IMG/VR virus record: IMGVR_UViG_3300037420_001238
Location: 3,306-67,305 of that record
Strand: one strand, 5' to 3'
Source of the DNA: a virus
Taxonomy: Duplodnaviria > Caudoviricetes
Length of the DNA stretch: 64,000 bases
In this document: piece by piece, positions 52,014 through 62,002 of the stretch
How positions within the stretch are numbered: position 1 is the stretch's first letter
Layout of the letters: each line of letters opens with the position of its first letter
Position numbers and translations under genes: made by a program
The notes under the pieces: model-generated
What the model was told of the DNA's origin: nothing
What the model saw: only the letters and a program-made list of their open reading frames with translations
Database searches by the model: none

Positions 52014-52888
52014 TACCTGGACCTGCCCTTATAGGTGAGCGTGATCGTTCCAAAGACAGCCGCAGCGTTCTCAGCCATGGTGACGTGCGCCACCGGAGCC
52101 GTGCGGGTGACGCGCGAGACACCGGCAGGCGTCAGCTTCGCGTCAATCCAATTGGTGTTCACGTCGAACCCGATGCCACCTTCGTTGACGAGAGTGGCGC
52201 GAAGACCGGCCTCGAGGCCATCGAACACCGACATGGGCGTTTCAGGCAGCAGCCAGACATCAGCCGTCACGTTCACGGTCGTCTTTACGGCGCTCTCGAC
52301 TGCGATGATGTCGTTGAGCGATCGGACTGAGGAATTCGATACGGCGGCCAGTACGGCCGCCAGCAGGTCGGATGTCGGCGTCCCGTCACCGACCGTCGAA
52401 AGAATGGCGACGTTTATCTCCGGACCCGGGCCGGGCCGGTAGACTTTCGCATCTCGCACTCTCACGTCGGCCGAGCGCGCGTGAAACTCATACCATTCCT
52501 CCGGTCCGGCGGTAGACCGGCCTTGGTCGGCCAAGATAATGCGCTCGCGGAGTGCGGCGTCGCTCTCACCTGTCAGCCGCGTGACACCATGGTCCGCGGC
52601 AAGGTTGTCGAGATCGGCGCCAACCGAATATGCCAGCAAATTGCTGCGCAGAGCGTCATTGACGCGAGCGCGCAGCAGCAGCTCATCATAGGCGTCTGCC
52701 TCGATGATGATGACTGCCGGGTCCGACTCCAACATGCTCACGTCGTAGGTCGGCAGGTTGAGCGACGGGTTGGCGGTGCGAACCGCCTCCCACAGGTCGC
52801 CGAAAGTGGTCTTCTTCCGGGTGACGATCGCCTCATAGTCGAGCGTCTCGACGATCTCGGGCGCCGGAATATTGGCGAGCACCACCAT
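52013..52888 (-). CDS. Baseplate protein J
   Basis: PEIVETLDYE, LESDP, GADLDNLA...R..GESD..LRER and AGPEEWY.FHA.SAD. Confidence 0.93.
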   Translation of the reverse strand: MVVLANIPAPEIVETLDYEAIVTRKKTTFGDLWEAVRTANPSLNLPTYDVSMLESDPAVIIIEADAYDELLLRARVNDALRSNLLAYSVGADLDNLAADHGVTRLTGESDAALRERIILADQGRSTAGPEEWYEFHARSADVRVRDAKVYRPGPGPEINVAILSTVGDGTPTSDLLAAVLAAVSNSSVRSLNDIIAVESAVKTTVNVTADVWLLPETPMSVFDGLEAGLRATLVNEGGIGFDVNTNWIDAKLTPAGVSRVTRTAPVAHVTMAENAAAVFGTITLTYKGRSR

Positions 52889-53268
52889 TATTTCGCGCTC
52901 CTGATCGTAACGGAACCGTTGGCGACCGAAACGAAGGCGTTCGCCTGTTTCCAATCCAGATGGGCATATGGCCGGTATTCGCCGACCATCGTAAAGTCGC
53001 CGAAGCCAAGCCGATCGATGTCATTCACATCGAACTGCAGAATGCGGTACCGTGGCTCAAATAGCTCGACCAGCATGTAGAGCGTGTTGAACCATAGCAG
53101 AACGGTGTCGGCAGTCGCATTCTCGCCAAGCAGGCGCAGGCCAGGATTGCCGAACCATTCGCGCATCACGCGCGCACCGGGGCGAGTCGTGAAGATCTTC
53201 TCCAGCGACTGCTGGACGTGCTCGAAGCCGTCCAGAGGTTTGCCGGTGACCGCGTTGACGCCAGCCAT
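52888..53268 (-). CDS. Baseplate wedge protein (gpW/gp25-like)
   Basis: G.NA.TGK, H..QS...IFTT.PG.RVMRE.FG and EPR. Confidence 0.93.
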   Translation of the reverse strand: MAGVNAVTGKPLDGFEHVQQSLEKIFTTRPGARVMREWFGNPGLRLLGENATADTVLLWFNTLYMLVELFEPRYRILQFDVNDIDRLGFGDFTMVGEYRPYAHLDWKQANAFVSVANGSVTIRSAK

Positions 53269-53274
53269 CGGAGA

Positions 53275-53448
53275 TTACTTGCTGCCCGACTTCTTCGGCG
53301 CAGGAGCCTCTTCCGTCGCAAGTTCGATATGGCCCAGGCGCAGCGGATGCTCCGCCTGTTCATCGGTGAGCGTGATGCGCTTCTTCTTGCCAGGATTCTT
53401 GGCGCCGGCTACCTCGCGGGCGTCGGTGAGGATGACGTATTCCTTCAT
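53275..53448 (-). CDS. Small hypothetical protein (57 aa)
   Basis: RBS AGGAGA; MKEYVILTDAREVAG... Confidence 0.65.
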   Translation of the reverse strand: MKEYVILTDAREVAGAKNPGKKKRITLTDEQAEHPLRLGHIELATEEAPAPKKSGSK

Positions 53449-53459
53449 CGGGTTTCTCC

Positions 53460-54014
53460 TTACGGGGGTGGGCCTGTCAGGTCGCCGCCAACCACCACGT
53501 CAGTATGGACGTGGGTTTTGTCGACGGAGTGTCCGTCGTGAGTTTGCGTTCCGCCCGTCTGGGCGAAGCCGCTGCCGGTGAAATCGAATGTGACGCCGCC
53601 GCAGGTCAGTTTCAGACCACCGTCGGTCAGATCGATGGTGACCGAACCGAAGGTCATCTTGTGGGCGTCGCTGGCCGTTGAGTTTGCCGGGTTATCATCC
53701 GACCAGTGGAAAGGCTCTGCGGTGCCCTGCTCAACGTCGCCGCTTTCCGATCGGATGGCCATGGTCTGACCAACCGAGGGCGGATTGTGGAACTTCATGG
53801 CGCCGGCGGTCTGCTTGTAAGGCACCCATGGCGAGAGGACGTCCTGATCGTCTTCGTCTTTGCCGATCGCAATCCGGACCATGGCCTTCTGGGTATCGAC
53901 CTGAGTCACCTTGCCGCGGATGTGGGTGCCAGCAAGCCGGCGCTCGTGCTCGCCAATGCGCGAGAAGATCGACCGGAGGACCGGAACAAGATCTTCAGTA
54001 TAGACGACGCTCAT
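53460..54014 (-). CDS. Baseplate spike protein (gpV-like)
   Basis: IRGKV..VD, SPWVP, PPSVGQ and a C-terminal THVHTDV...G..TGPP. Confidence 0.92.
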   Translation of the reverse strand: MSVVYTEDLVPVLRSIFSRIGEHERRLAGTHIRGKVTQVDTQKAMVRIAIGKDEDDQDVLSPWVPYKQTAGAMKFHNPPSVGQTMAIRSESGDVEQGTAEPFHWSDDNPANSTASDAHKMTFGSVTIDLTDGGLKLTCGGVTFDFTGSGFAQTGGTQTHDGHSVDKTHVHTDVVVGGDLTGPPP

Positions 54015-54814
54015 AGGTCAAGATCGCCTTCGATCGGTGCGATCTCAGAGTCGCTGTCGATGACAACCTCGTCGAGCGTTGATGGCTCGCCGGTGATATC
54101 GTCTACGGCTTCGAAATTGATGGGCGCAAGGCCGGTACCGACCAGCCCAGCGTCCGTGAGACCGAAATTCCGCTGCAGATCTTCAAACGACGGCAGCCCG
54201 GCCGGGCTTTCGATCATGCCCGTAAAGACATCAGCCAGAAGCGTCTTTTCGCCGCCGGCGGAGCGGAGAGCGGTGTCGAACATCAGCCATGCGCCATAGA
54301 GCGGCGTCCCGAAGTCCGGATCTGGGATGGTATCGCAGCGATAGCAGATCTCCATCGCTGGTATTTTGACCGCCTTTTCGACTTCGACCAGCACATAGCG
54401 GATTTCCCGCCGGGTGACCTTGACGATGAACTTCCGCCACACCTCAAGCCATGACGTGTCTCCACCATGAAAGGCGGCGTCTACCTGCCGGCCCATGAGG
54501 TTGAGGGTCAACCCGGCCGTGCTGCCGTCCAGCGCGAAGGACGTTCCTTCAGGCACCTTCGTCTTGCCAGGAGCCACGTAAACAAAAATCTTGAGTTCGG
54601 CTTCACCCTTTTCGCCCTGCGTCTGCCGTCCGGAGACCTGCAGATTAAGGCTTTCGACGTAGACGGCGATGACCGGCTGCTGCGGGCTGTCGCCGCCGCG
54701 CAGAAGGTCGCTGATGGGGTCGACCGGCTGTTCCCAGACTCGGTCGCCGGCCCATGTGGCGCCGTCCAGCACATAGTGCGTCAGCGCGACCAGCGCCTGG
54801 CAGACAAGGCTCAT
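54011..54814 (-). CDS. Putative tail completion/terminator protein
   Basis: Lies between the head-tail connector and gpV; L.GATWAG.RV. Confidence 0.6.
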   Translation of the reverse strand: MSLVCQALVALTHYVLDGATWAGDRVWEQPVDPISDLLRGGDSPQQPVIAVYVESLNLQVSGRQTQGEKGEAELKIFVYVAPGKTKVPEGTSFALDGSTAGLTLNLMGRQVDAAFHGGDTSWLEVWRKFIVKVTRREIRYVLVEVEKAVKIPAMEICYRCDTIPDPDFGTPLYGAWLMFDTALRSAGGEKTLLADVFTGMIESPAGLPSFEDLQRNFGLTDAGLVGTGLAPINFEAVDDITGEPSTLDEVVIDSDSEIAPIEGDLDL

Positions 54815-55212
54815 GCTGGCACACAGGGGCAGACCATGCGGCCGATGCCATCATGATCTGGTGCTCGCGTCAGTCTGAACTTCGGCATTCCAGGGCGCTC
54901 CAGAGCGACGATGACATCGTTCGCCTGCGGATATTGGGAAGATCCTTGGAATGACGAAAGCGCGATCGAGACATGGATTCGATCGCCGGCAAGCTGCGGC
55001 TGGAAACCGTCATAGCTGCCTTCGTCCTGGACGGTGACAGCAACTGGATTGAAGTCGACCACCGCCGTGACGGTGACCTGTTGACGTGCGCCATCCACGG
55101 AACTGGCAAACACTTCGCCCTTTTTCATCGGGTCGATCCGGATGAGTTCCCCCATCACGGTATCGACAGCCGCCGAGGCGAGTGTTTCCAGTTCCGAGAA
55201 TAGCGATGGCAT
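54811..55212 (-). CDS. Head-tail joining protein
   Basis: Directly follows the capsid gene; AAVDTVMGE. Confidence 0.65.
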   Translation of the reverse strand: MPSLFSELETLASAAVDTVMGELIRIDPMKKGEVFASSVDGARQQVTVTAVVDFNPVAVTVQDEGSYDGFQPQLAGDRIHVSIALSSFQGSSQYPQANDVIVALERPGMPKFRLTRAPDHDGIGRMVCPCVPA

Positions 55213-55223
55213 GGTTTCGCCTA

Positions 55224-56255
55224 TCAGGTGCGCTTCGCGCGGAAGAGCGTGCGAGGACGCGTGCAGTAGTGGAGTGCGTTTGACTGGAAGTCGAGATTGA
55301 CGCCCTTGCCGTTCTGCATCTCATACTGCTTGGCGTAGAGACGCTGACCTGGGCGGTTGACGGTCTCGATATAGTCGGCCGGCGCATAGATGGTCCGGAA
55401 GAGGCCCGGAACGCCGACTGGATAGCCGAATCCCTTGTCGGTATGGACAGCAGCGGCGCCGTTGAAATTGCCTCGATAGTTGATGAAGCGAATGTTGGCA
55501 AACACCACTTCACCGAAGATATCGTTCTGGCCGCTGCCGCCGACGACGGCATTGCGAAGTTCTGACGCTTGCTGTGTCTGGAGGTATGTTGCGCGAACTT
55601 CGTCGTTGGCAACAAGATCGTCGAAGAATTGATCACCGACGATGAATTCGATGCCTGAGAACGGCAGGCCATCCAGCGTCGCCGCCATGTCACGGTGGAC
55701 CTTCGCGCAGAAATTGCGCAGAAGACCGTCTTTATTGGTGTCGAAGGAGAAGTCGATTTCTGCCGGCAAAGACTCGCCAAATTCCGCCGCATAGTCATAA
55801 ATAACGGTGGTACCGTCGGAGTCATAAAGTTTGCCAGTCGTGAGGATCTTCAGCCGATGATATTCCTCGGTGAGCGAGAAAAACTGGCTGGCTTCCGCCG
55901 CCCGATCGGCAATTCGTCCCTGCAGCATTTCGACGGCGACTTCGTTGCCGAAAGCACGAACGCCCTGCACTTCATCGGCATAGATTGCGTCATTGACCTC
56001 GAAGTGTGGCACCTGCAGCATGCGCATGGAGCGCTTGTTCTTGCCAAACGTGGTGCCGGGGCCGCCGCGTGGCGACGCAGGGACAAGTTTCAGGATCTGA
56101 TCCTTGTCCTTTTCGATGGCGACGGACAGCGTCGAAATGGATGTGCTCGTGAACAGCCCCCGGCGGCTGATGTAGCCGGGGACGTGTTTGATTTCGCGCA
56201 TCGCATCGGACATCGTCGTGACCGAGAATGCGTCCTGTTTGAAAATATCAAGCAT
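55224..56255 (-). CDS. Major capsid protein (lambda gpE-like)
   Basis: MLDIF..DAFSV..M, P..PRG.PG, I.A.E.QG.RAFG and QSN.L..CTRP..L. Confidence 0.93.
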   Translation of the reverse strand: MLDIFKQDAFSVTTMSDAMREIKHVPGYISRRGLFTSTSISTLSVAIEKDKDQILKLVPASPRGGPGTTFGKNKRSMRMLQVPHFEVNDAIYADEVQGVRAFGNEVAVEMLQGRIADRAAEASQFFSLTEEYHRLKILTTGKLYDSDGTTVIYDYAAEFGESLPAEIDFSFDTNKDGLLRNFCAKVHRDMAATLDGLPFSGIEFIVGDQFFDDLVANDEVRATYLQTQQASELRNAVVGGSGQNDIFGEVVFANIRFINYRGNFNGAAAVHTDKGFGYPVGVPGLFRTIYAPADYIETVNRPGQRLYAKQYEMQNGKGVNLDFQSNALHYCTRPRTLFRAKRT

Positions 56256-56284
56256 TGAAGTGCTCTCCTAGCCCCGCGCCGCGC

Positions 56285-56947
56285 TCAGTAGCGGACGATG
56301 ATGTTGTTGGAAGCGAGCGCCTGAATGGCGTCGACGCGCTGTGCATCGGTGATGCCGGAGGGCCAGGCGATGCAGTTGCCGTTCAGTTCGCACATACGCA
56401 CGAGCCCGGCGGTTTTCTTGGTCTCGCCAGCGCCTGTGGTGCATGCATAGATGGAATAGGCCGCAGGCACTTCGGAGCCGTCGGTCGCCGTCGGGTCAAA
56501 GTTGACCCATTGGAAATCGACATCCTCTGTGGTCACGGCGAGCGTGAAGGTGTCGCCGGCAACGAAGTCGGTCGAGCCGTCGGCGATCGTGAACTTGATC
56601 TCCTTGTTGAAGGCTGTGCCGACAACCCCGGTGCCGACGAGATCGCCGTTGGGGTCGACAACCTCGAAAGTGCCGAGGTTTGTCGTCGGTTCAATGAAGA
56701 CGACGGTATAGTTGCCATCCTTGATCCTGGTGTTGGAATTGGGGTTGGCCATCGTCAGGACGCCATTGCCAATACCGGCAAAGGACTGCGCGACAGTAAC
56801 GCCGGACGCGACGCCGAGCTTGGCCAGCAAGGCGTTGGCAAGAATTGTCTGGCTTGCCGCGATGGTGAGGTTCTCGCGGGAGATCGAGCGCATTCCTTCG
56901 CTCATAATCGCTTCGCCAGGGCGGGCAGTTTCGGTAAGAACGGTCAT
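56285..56947 (-). CDS. Head decoration protein (gpD-like) with inserted domain
   Basis: LTE..RPGE.I.SE...SRE, FDPTATDGSE and LA...II.R. Confidence 0.88.
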   Translation of the reverse strand: MTVLTETARPGEAIMSEGMRSISRENLTIAASQTILANALLAKLGVASGVTVAQSFAGIGNGVLTMANPNSNTRIKDGNYTVVFIEPTTNLGTFEVVDPNGDLVGTGVVGTAFNKEIKFTIADGSTDFVAGDTFTLAVTTEDVDFQWVNFDPTATDGSEVPAAYSIYACTTGAGETKKTAGLVRMCELNGNCIAWPSGITDAQRVDAIQALASNNIIVRY

Positions 56948-56973
56948 TTCCGTGTTCCTTCTTCGTTACCGGC

Positions 56974-58239
56974 TTACTGGAAGCGCGTGTTGGCGGAGGT
57001 GACGGCCTTGCCCCAGCCGGACCTGACCTTTTCGGCCGCAGCCTGAGATGCGGGCGGCTCGGCAGCGCCAAGGGCGCCGGTCTGCTGCTTGTGGGCGACG
57101 TAATCGCCGGGCTTGTTGCCGTTGGCGGCGGCGCCGGTCTGCTCGGTGTCGCCCTGGGCGGTCTTTTCCTCGACCTTCGGCATGCTTTCCTTGGCCGCGG
57201 CCAGGATCGCGGCACTGTCGGTGGCCGAGATCTTGGTCTTGAAGGCCAGATGATGGGCGAGCGGCTGAAACTGCTTGCCGATGTCGGAGCCGATGATTGC
57301 GCCGATGCGCTCCTGCGCAGAAGCGGCTGCCTTTTCCGCGATTTCCTCTGCGGTCGGGCCGTTATTCTGTTCGCTCATGGAAAATCCTCCTGGAGAGCGT
57401 TGGGGGAACAAGCGGCCCTTGCGTCCGCTGGAGATCAGGGACGCGATCGTCGCCTCGAGCTGGCCGACTTCATCGGCCATGCCGGATGCCACTGCCTTGG
57501 CCCCGATTTTCATGCCGCCGGCGCCAAACTTCGTGATGACGTCCTGGACGGAGACGCCGCGGTATTTAGCCACGGCGGAAATGAAGACTTCTGCCAGGTC
57601 ATCGACCATGGCTTGGATGCGATTCCGGCCATCGTCGGTGGTCGGGTCCGGCCGCTTGCCGGGCGACTGCGACGACACGAATTCGATGGTGCGTACGCCG
57701 CGGCGCTCGTCGGCTGCCTTGCGATCCTGGACGCCGAGCACGACGCCGATCGAGCCGAGCAACGCGGCTTCGGAGACGATGATCTTGCCGGCAGCCGATG
57801 CCAGCCAATAACCACCCGAGGCGGCCATGCCAGAGACGTAGGAGACGACCGGCTTGGTCTTGTTGACGTCATGGATGGCGGCTGCGAGCTCGTCGCACCC
57901 ATTCGCCTCCCCGCCAGGGCTATCGATCACCTGCAGGATCGTGTGGATGTTGGGATCTTCGGCGAGAACCTGAAGATCTCGGCGCATGATCTCGTAGCTC
58001 GTGGCGCCGCTGATGCTGACGAACAGATTCGCCTTTTTGAACAGCGGGCCATCGACATAGAGGATACCAACGCCGTCGCGCACCTTCGCACGCTCTGCGC
58101 GGTCGGCAGTCTTCGCCCGGTAGGCTTCGAGAGCCTCCGGAGATGTGTCGTTTTCGCGCGCAACGATGTTGGCGAGTTCTTCGACGCGCTCCGGCAGCAT
58201 CGCCCAGCCCTGAGAGGCTGCGAAGTCCATAATGCTCAT
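56974..58239 (-). CDS. Head maturation protease (S49) with scaffold-like C-terminus
   Basis: IDSPGGE, AASGGYWLAS and LGSIGV. Confidence 0.95.
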   Translation of the reverse strand: MSIMDFAASQGWAMLPERVEELANIVARENDTSPEALEAYRAKTADRAERAKVRDGVGILYVDGPLFKKANLFVSISGATSYEIMRRDLQVLAEDPNIHTILQVIDSPGGEANGCDELAAAIHDVNKTKPVVSYVSGMAASGGYWLASAAGKIIVSEAALLGSIGVVLGVQDRKAADERRGVRTIEFVSSQSPGKRPDPTTDDGRNRIQAMVDDLAEVFISAVAKYRGVSVQDVITKFGAGGMKIGAKAVASGMADEVGQLEATIASLISSGRKGRLFPQRSPGGFSMSEQNNGPTAEEIAEKAAASAQERIGAIIGSDIGKQFQPLAHHLAFKTKISATDSAAILAAAKESMPKVEEKTAQGDTEQTGAAANGNKPGDYVAHKQQTGALGAAEPPASQAAAEKVRSGWGKAVTSANTRFQ

Positions 58240-58248
58240 CGTTGATCC

Positions 58249-58512
58249 TCAGAAAGCGCAGCGCCCGCCGGCGGTGATCGCGAAATTCGTGCGGTTGCCA
58301 GTCTTGGCAGCGCATTCCGACTCCATCTGTCGGATGATGGCGAGCATGCCACTGGCATCGGCGGTCTTGAATTCGACTGTCCGATCGCGAAAGGTCACTC
58401 GTTGAATGCTGCCTTCCGCTAAGAGCTTCATGTACGCCGGGCGGAGCGCGCGCACGATCGAGCACGGGTCATAGGTCTCGCCGCCGAAGAGGGCATCGTA
58501 ATCAATCGCCAC
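58249..58512 (-). CDS. Head-to-tail adaptor (lambda gpW-like)
   Basis: AYMKLLAEG...VTF.DR.VEF; probable GTG start. Confidence 0.65.
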   Translation of the reverse strand: MAIDYDALFGGETYDPCSIVRALRPAYMKLLAEGSIQRVTFRDRTVEFKTADASGMLAIIRQMESECAAKTGNRTNFAITAGGRCAF

Positions 58513-60142
58513 TGATGGATGCCTCCAATTCGGCTTCAAGTTCATCTGCAGACGCGCCAGCCGGTTTCGGCGATGGCACGGCGTCGGCCGGCGGATCTTC
58601 AAGCGCCTTATCCTGCCCGTCCTTAGTTTCGAGCATGGTGACCGGCGACCACGGACGCGGCAGGTCCAATTCATCGGCGAGCGCGTTTTCAGCAGCCCGC
58701 TGGCGCATGTCGTCGTCCCAATCCCGGCCGTAGGAGGCAGCGATGTCGGCGAGCGTGGTGGCGCCCATGACCTTCAGCACCTGGTGCGAGCGGGCGGCCT
58801 TGAAATCATCCGCCTGCGGCTGGGCCGGGCCGGACCATGTTGATCGGGTCGCCGACGCGCGTTTGGCGAGAAAGGCAAAATAACCGCCCTTAAATGGGAT
58901 GCGGCCGGTGAAGATCTCTTCCTCGAGCCACGCGTTATAGATCGCCTGGCAGAACGGAATGATGATGTTCGCGCGGCGGCGGAGGACACCGAGCCACTCC
59001 ATCGCACCTCCCATGCGGATCGACGAATAGGTTGCCCCGCGGAAGTCACCTGTGGCCGACTCGTACGTGACGCCGGCGCCGGCGGCGATCTCGCGCATCA
59101 GCCAGCCCATGAACTGGTCAAATTGACCGCTTGGCGACTTAGACTCGGTGAAATCGAGCTCGTCACCAGGAAACAGGTGAGCTAAACGACCATGCTGCGT
59201 CAGGTCGATTTTGGCCCCGTCGTACCATTCGCCTTTCTGGTCGGTAAATGCTTTGATGTCGACGCCGCCGGTATCGCCGGTTGTCATCAGGCCTTCGAAA
59301 GCCTCAATGCCGCGCATTGGCGTCCGTATGGTCGCGGCGAAAATGGTCTGGATAAGAGCCTTTGTCAGCGTCGCATCGGCGTATTGGTCGACTTGCCGTA
59401 TCACCTTGAGGATCGGCGTCAGCGGGGAAATCCCGCGGTTGGTCGCAATGCTCGAATCGAAGAGATGGATGACGTTCGGGCGGCCATCGCGGTCGTAGGC
59501 CGCAATTTCGCGTTCCTTCCAGCCGAAAAGCTGATCCTTCTCGTTGATGAAATAGGACTGCGGGAAGCCCCAACCATCCGTTTTCACGCCCTGAACGACG
59601 TTGTTGAGCTCGTCGTTCTTCTGGATGAGCCGGCTCGGCGGAATCAGGAGTACCTTCGTCTTCGAAATCGACGCTGGCCGATCGATGATCGGCATCAGCC
59701 CCAACACTTCGCCGAACGTCTTCCACGACGCATAGGCTGCCTGCTGCTGCTTCCCAAACGTCATTTTGCCGGCAGCATCGCACTCGACCGGGTTATCGCC
59801 ATAGGCACGGAAGCGGTTTTCAACGTTTCGGCTCCATGTGGCGGCCTCTTCGCGTGTCCAGCCGAGCGCCTCGTAATCCGGGCGGCACGCAAGCCGGAGA
59901 CCTGCGCCGACGACAGACCCGCACTCGACCTCAAGCACGCGCGTGAGGAAGCCAGAGTTCTGAATTCCCTCCTGCGCCCGGGCGGCGGCATCTACCCATG
60001 CCCTCTGCACGTCCTGCGACTGCTCGCGCAGCGCCGGCCGCCAGCCGACCATCAGAGGATTACGTCCACCCTGGAAATAGGCCGCCTTCGGCGCGGGTGC
60101 CGATCCTTTCAGAAACCCGCCGAGGCGTTGCATGATGCCCAT
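58502..60142 (-). CDS. Portal protein (lambda family)
   Basis: GSVVG.GL.L, GEVL, RG.SPL, YE..TGD....YSS.R and G..W.D..RQ.A.E. Confidence 0.95.
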   Translation of the reverse strand: MGIMQRLGGFLKGSAPAPKAAYFQGGRNPLMVGWRPALREQSQDVQRAWVDAAARAQEGIQNSGFLTRVLEVECGSVVGAGLRLACRPDYEALGWTREEAATWSRNVENRFRAYGDNPVECDAAGKMTFGKQQQAAYASWKTFGEVLGLMPIIDRPASISKTKVLLIPPSRLIQKNDELNNVVQGVKTDGWGFPQSYFINEKDQLFGWKEREIAAYDRDGRPNVIHLFDSSIATNRGISPLTPILKVIRQVDQYADATLTKALIQTIFAATIRTPMRGIEAFEGLMTTGDTGGVDIKAFTDQKGEWYDGAKIDLTQHGRLAHLFPGDELDFTESKSPSGQFDQFMGWLMREIAAGAGVTYESATGDFRGATYSSIRMGGAMEWLGVLRRRANIIIPFCQAIYNAWLEEEIFTGRIPFKGGYFAFLAKRASATRSTWSGPAQPQADDFKAARSHQVLKVMGATTLADIAASYGRDWDDDMRQRAAENALADELDLPRPWSPVTMLETKDGQDKALEDPPADAVPSPKPAGASADELEAELEASISGD

Positions 60143-60145
60143 TTC

Positions 60146-62002
60146 TCACCCATGGAGTCTGGAAACGAGATCCTTCAGGCTCCTCTTCGGCATGGCTGCC
60201 TTAGCCTTCAGTTCCTCGTAGCGTTTCTCGAAATCGAACCGACAGACCTGCCGGATGGCGATCGCGTAGACCAAGCTGTCCAGCGCTTCTGCCTGTCGCT
60301 TACCGATGCGGTCGAAGCTGATGTACGGCCGGCCGGTGCCAGTTTTGTATTTGAGCACACGCCGCTCGGAATTGAGCTGCAGGATGTAGGACTCGGTGAG
60401 CGAGTTGCTCAACCGGAAGGACTGCTGCTCCTGCTGTTCCTTCGGCAGCATCGTGAGGACTTCCGTCTTCACCTGGTCGACGCCGACGATATAGAGCGGC
60501 GCAGTGCGATTGCGGCGGCGCTTTTTGCTGATCTCGAGGATCTTGCGCGGGCCTTCGTCGCCCTTGATCGCAAAAATCTTCTGACCCTGGGTCGTTTCGC
60601 AGAAGTCGTAAACCTGCTGCGTCCTGTTACCGTCACCGGAGTCGACCGCCGTGGCTTCCACGCCGATTGTGCCGCCAAGCGGATGCTCCCAGACCGTGGA
60701 CAACACGGAGCGCAGTTCATCCCATGTCGATTTCAGGTTTGTGCCGCCATAAATGACGTGATGCCCCAGAATCCACCGATGATTCTGGCTATGGCCCAAG
60801 AAGGTGATCTCCAGTCGGTCTGTCTGAACATCGACGCCAGCGGTGATGTAGGCAACTTCCGGCGGAACATCCTCTCGCCAGCGAGAGGCATCCATATCCC
60901 AACAAATTCCGAAATCTTCCCGACGTGCCATCAACTGGCTTTCGGTGACAGCTTCGATCGCCGTCGACCAGACCTTGCCGAGCACGGTGTTGAAGAACAC
61001 CTGCATGTCGGACGGGCCATTGCGCTTGGCGAGCTCATATTCCTCGACCAGCTTCACCCAGGAAGCGTTGGCGAAGAGCGAGATCAAGGCATTCAGCCTG
61101 AAGCCGGCGTGGCCACGAATATGCGGCCGTGTCGCGCGCCACTCGCCGGCCTCGACCATCTCCGGCTTGAACCGCTCCTCGATGCCGCAATGGCAGTGAG
61201 GGCAGAAGGCCTGTACGGTCTCCGGCTTGCCTTCCTCCCAATCGAGGTGCTCCCAGAGCAGTTCGAATGGTTCGCGGCAATGGATGCACGGAATTTCGAA
61301 GATCCGCATATCGGATTCTTCGTACCGTTTGATGATGATCGACGTCGCCTCGTCGACGGGCGTCGATCCCATCACGATCTTGCGATCGGCGAAGGATGTG
61401 GTGCGCTTTTCGGCCAGCTTGATCGGGTCACCTTCCTTGGTGACCTTCATGCCGTCGACTTCGTCGCAGAACAGGTATTTCGTCGTGTGGCGGCGCAGAT
61501 TGCGCGGCGCCATGGCCGACAGGATCTTGAGCGAGCCACCACCGAGCATCATGCGCTGCGTTAGCGTGTTCCGGCCGTCGAATCGGCCGATCTTCATGAT
61601 GCCGCGGAGCGCCGGGCTTTCGGTAAAGGCCGGATCGATCTCGTCGACGGCCATACCGCGGGTGTCGTCGTCCGTTGGCACCAGAAGGATCATCGGCGAC
61701 GGGTCATTGACCGCGGCCGCGCCGATCGATGCGACAAGCGACTTCGTGAAGCCGGTACGGGCGCTCTTGATGACCGTGACGCGCTCAAGCAGCGGATCGC
61801 CGATCGCATCAAGGATGCCGCGCTGGAACTTCCATGGTCGGAAGCGGCCGGTGGCCGCAGACGACACGGCAGACAGCCGGAAGTTCTCAGCCGCCCATTC
61901 CGAATATGACATGTCCTTCGGCGGGCGCAGCGAGCGCGCCAGGCTGCCGAAAAGGCGCTTTACCGCGCTATTTGTCCGGCTTGACATGGTCCGGATCGCC
62001 AC
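60146..62002 (-). CDS. terL: Terminase large subunit (lambda gpA family)
   Basis: KSARTGFT, LFCDEVD, GSTP, CIHC...CPHC, FFNTVLG, AGVDVQ and AVDSG. Confidence 0.97.
   Translation of the reverse strand: MAIRTMSSRTNSAVKRLFGSLARSLRPPKDMSYSEWAAENFRLSAVSSAATGRFRPWKFQRGILDAIGDPLLERVTVIKSARTGFTKSLVASIGAAAVNDPSPMILLVPTDDDTRGMAVDEIDPAFTESPALRGIMKIGRFDGRNTLTQRMMLGGGSLKILSAMAPRNLRRHTTKYLFCDEVDGMKVTKEGDPIKLAEKRTTSFADRKIVMGSTPVDEATSIIIKRYEESDMRIFEIPCIHCREPFELLWEHLDWEEGKPETVQAFCPHCHCGIEERFKPEMVEAGEWRATRPHIRGHAGFRLNALISLFANASWVKLVEEYELAKRNGPSDMQVFFNTVLGKVWSTAIEAVTESQLMARREDFGICWDMDASRWREDVPPEVAYITAGVDVQTDRLEITFLGHSQNHRWILGHHVIYGGTNLKSTWDELRSVLSTVWEHPLGGTIGVEATAVDSGDGNRTQQVYDFCETTQGQKIFAIKGDEGPRKILEISKKRRRNRTAPLYIVGVDQVKTEVLTMLPKEQQEQQSFRLSNSLTESYILQLNSERRVLKYKTGTGRPYISFDRIGKRQAEALDSLVYAIAIRQVCRFDFEKRYEELKAKAAMPKRSLKDLVSRLHG

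Noticed and set aside
59192-61564. 790-aa plus-strand ORF (also 8437-9492, 49124-50179, 57091-58245 and minus 28845-29897)
   Set aside because: Shadow ORFs antisense to well-supported genes, expected from GC-rich codon bias. No recognisable motifs or RBS.
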